Shown here: piece after piece, positions 61,170 to 64,000 of the stretch
Numbering within the stretch: the first letter of the stretch is position 1
How the letters are laid out: each line of letters starts with the position of its first letter
Origin: Microthyrium microscopicum
Taxonomy: Eukaryota
DNA length: 64,000 nucleotides
Reading direction: 5' to 3'
NCBI GenBank assembly: GCA_010405405.1
Contig: MU004235.1
Span: forward strand, 2,224,506-2,288,505
Made by a program: the position numbers and the translations under genes
Notes under the pieces: generated by a model
Seen by the model: the letters and a program-made list of their open reading frames with translations, nothing else
The model's database searches: none
What the model was told of the DNA's origin: nothing

Positions 61170-62400
61170 CTAATTTTTCCCGCTTCTTTGACTCTCTATT
61201 GCTTTCACAACAGGAGGCAGGACTTCTGCGGCATCGAGATTGATTCTTACAGACGTCCTTTCTTTTCCTTCCCCAGAAATTCGCTCAAAGAAGGCCTCTT
61301 CTCCGCGAGTTCCGCCAAGGTTCAATATACCCAACGGCATGCCCATATCCACAGCTCGTTTGGCCAATCGCCATGCTGAGTACGTTGCCAAACTGCTTCC
61401 AATGACTAGAACTCTATCCGCACCGTCGATGGCGGCTTCGGCTGCGTCTTTCACCTCGGTTTTGATTCCCTCGCCAAACATGACCACTGCTGGTTTCAAG
61501 ATACCAGCGTCAGAGCTTTCCAGCCAGGCGCCATCTTGATCGATGTCGATTCTGCCCTGTTGCCCATTGGGCAGGGTAGGTGGTTTCCTGAGACATGTCG
61601 GGCATGCTGGATAGCGGAACGTGCTGTATGAAGCGCCTGGTATGTCGATGTCACCATCAGGGTTCGTGCGAAGGCCTCTGTCCTTTTGAATGGTTGGATC
61701 TTCGGTGCTTATTGCGCCGCTCGCAATCATTTGATTCACAAAGTCTGCCCATGCTGGGTTTAGTGCCGAAAGCTGATCCTGGAATTCGTCTCGTGGGTGA
61801 TATGTGCCGCAGGTAATGCAGATGGCTGACCGTAGAAAGCCATGAAGCTCTACAGTGGGTAGTGAAGGGTGGATTTGATGAAATGAATCCACGTCTTCTT
61901 AATCAGCAAAGCTATCCACTTATCCCCAAGCACAAAAACTTACTTTGCGTTATGACGCTGCGGAAGATCTCAAGCTCACCCAATCTCTTGATTAGGTGAT
62001 GTACACTATTTGGCCCCTTCGCACGGAGACCAGGCCATCCTACGTAAGATCGAGCCCAATACCGTTTGCGAAAGGCATGGCCATCCAAGAACTCGTTGTA
62101 GTAGATCGGACGGAATGACTTGTTCACGATGTATGCCCCAGCAATGCCTCGGTAGTCATTAAGTCCCGACTGTTCACAGAGTCATTACTTGGCATTATTT
62201 GAAAAGGAGAAGTGAGTCGTTACTGCTACTGAAATTCCTGCGCCTGTCAAACACACAGTCCCCCGTTTCGATCCGGTAGTTTTGGCAGAGGTCAGAAATT
62301 CTGTGAGGGCCGCGATGGCGCCTGGAAGCTCCTGGGCACTTGGAGGGATCACACGAGGTACTGGAAAGGGGCTCGTGTATGGAATACGTATTGACGGCAT
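61170..62400 (-). CDS. Class II (SIRT4-like) sirtuin, NAD-dependent deacylase, 3 exons
   Basis: LTGAGISVA|SGLNDYRG, RKRYWARSYVGWP, ITQ|NVDSFH, ELHG, CxxC...CxxC, LKPAVVMFGE and GSSLATYSAWR. Confidence 0.92.
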
Positions 62401-64000
62401 TACAGGCCGGAAGCTGTTGTGGTATGATTGCCTCTGTCGAAAATTAAAAAGAGACTGTCATCGATTTAATCGCGGGAGAGACTAAGCGCGCGTAGAATCG
62501 CGTGGGGCGCTAGAAGCGTTAAAATCTGCCAATTAGCTAACATGAGTATGATAATCATCGCAACTTTCGACTGTTCGCATAATGTCATCCAATTAGCTGT
62601 AGAATGAAGGCTGAGCTGTAGAGCTTCGGAAAGCTGCAGCGATTCTATGTTCTCTTCATCAATTGTTCCGTTGTTGTCTCTCACCTCGTCCATGTTCTCT
62701 CTTGATTTAAATTGATTGGGTAGGAAGCTGCCAATCAGGTGACTGAAAGGTAATGCGATGGCGTCAACGGTAAGCGCGTCATCTAAGCAGACGCGCGGAA
62801 GTGCCGCTTAGTGCGCTTCGATGCAACTTCCTTCAACGATGCCCAGTTTTCTCATGCAGTCAATCAAAGGATAATTTGTATATCGACAATTGAAGTTGAG
62901 TGATCCCTCGTTGATGCAGTAGCGGCGAATTGAGTTATAGAAAACTTCCCCGATTCAGAAGTTGGCTGGTGCAAATTCGTGGAGCTAGTCGCCTGGTATC
63001 AAGCATGCCAATCAGAGCGACGGGCGACTGAGCAATGTGGTCCCTTTCCTGTTCTGCTAATCGTTCAATCTACATCTTGAAAGCTCTGCATCGGAGATCA
63101 TGTTGGCCACAACCTGATAGTCGCATGACTTTGGGATTGCGAAAGTCATTTCCCGAAGAACATCAACATATAGGTACCTACTACCTAGTCTTCTCTCACC
63201 GGCGTGCGAACGGTCACCAGGCCACAAAGATCTACCAGAAGGAATCAAAAATCCTTTCAAAATGAAGGAGCGCATATGCTCAATGGTCAGCGCGCAGTCC
63301 GAGCTCCTGAAAGTGCCGATTGTTTGAGCAAAAAACATGGATCGCTTATGCTGTAATATCCTCATTGCAGCAGATTCAATCTGTTCAGTGGTCCTTAACG
63401 AACCAGCCAAGGGGAATTGAGGCCTGGACTAGGTTTTCTTATCCTCCACTTCTCGAACCGCGATGGATCCACTTGACCGACCAGTGATAAGAGCGCTGGC
63501 CGCCAACTCACTGAAGCGCATCACGGCACTGCCTTGTAGTGTATGCTGTGTAACATGAGGAGCGAGTGAGCTCTCGCGCTTAAAGCCTATGCCGCCGATT
63601 GACCTGAAGCCATGGCTGTTTTTGGCCACTGGGGTATCAAAAGCGCTGGCGTAGGTCAGGGAGCAGGCCTTCGGCGCATCGGAGCAACACTCGGCCTCAT
63701 GGAGGGTGATTCAAATGGCTGCTTTACAAGGTCTCCCAGCGATGATCGCGTTTGTTTCTTACTGGTTCGCCTCCTTCTCATGTCGCCAACCTGTTGCCCC
63801 AGGCGGGAACTAGGCGGACAATAAGGTCTAGATCTATTACTGGTCCGATATGACGCTCCCGTGCCGCAAAGTCTGCTAATTTACCAAAATATCTTCCCAT
63901 TTTGGGTCGACAGCATCCATCGACCGGTCGTCCGTCGCGTTCATTTCCACTGCGCCCATCACTATCATGCGTCAGAGATTTGCTCCCTGGGGCCTGAACC

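Noticed and set aside
62466..64000. Short ORFs at the window end
   Set aside because: No recognisable motifs or consistent exon chain; no gene model can be supported.

Overview
Gene-dense eukaryotic DNA from a filamentous ascomycete (Pezizomycotina). This is inferred from ~50-nt GT-AG introns with CTRAY branch sites and RIP-like decay of repeats; the species cannot be determined from the window. About 24 protein-coding genes can be modelled. Most are housekeeping: EAF1, MAK11, NFX1/FAP1, an ABC1/ADCK kinase, ADE2, an RGD2-like RhoGAP, a Mug190-like SMP-C2 protein, eIF3m, URA6, PRP28, PRE10, PUP3, CYM1 and a SIRT4-like sirtuin. The rest are small Ser/Thr-rich surface proteins and hypotheticals. 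Three non-autonomous DNA transposons have readable TIRs and TSDs: a 147-bp and a 639-bp TA-flanked element, and a 763-bp MULE-like element with a 9-bp TSD. The most unusual signals are: (1) both ADE2 introns are enlarged and share an architecture of competing stems overlapping a cryptic 5' splice site, a candidate splicing switch; (2) a ~2-kb cassette at 42.1-44.1 kb in which an orphan ORF is bracketed by a 148-bp tandem array and a ~38-bp GACGTGATGT array; (3) a mitochondrial-targeting/TM ORF that can be joined to URA6 only by a non-canonical intron; (4) a protein resembling a degenerate LOV/PAS photoreceptor. All family assignments come from recognising motifs by eye; no database searches were run.
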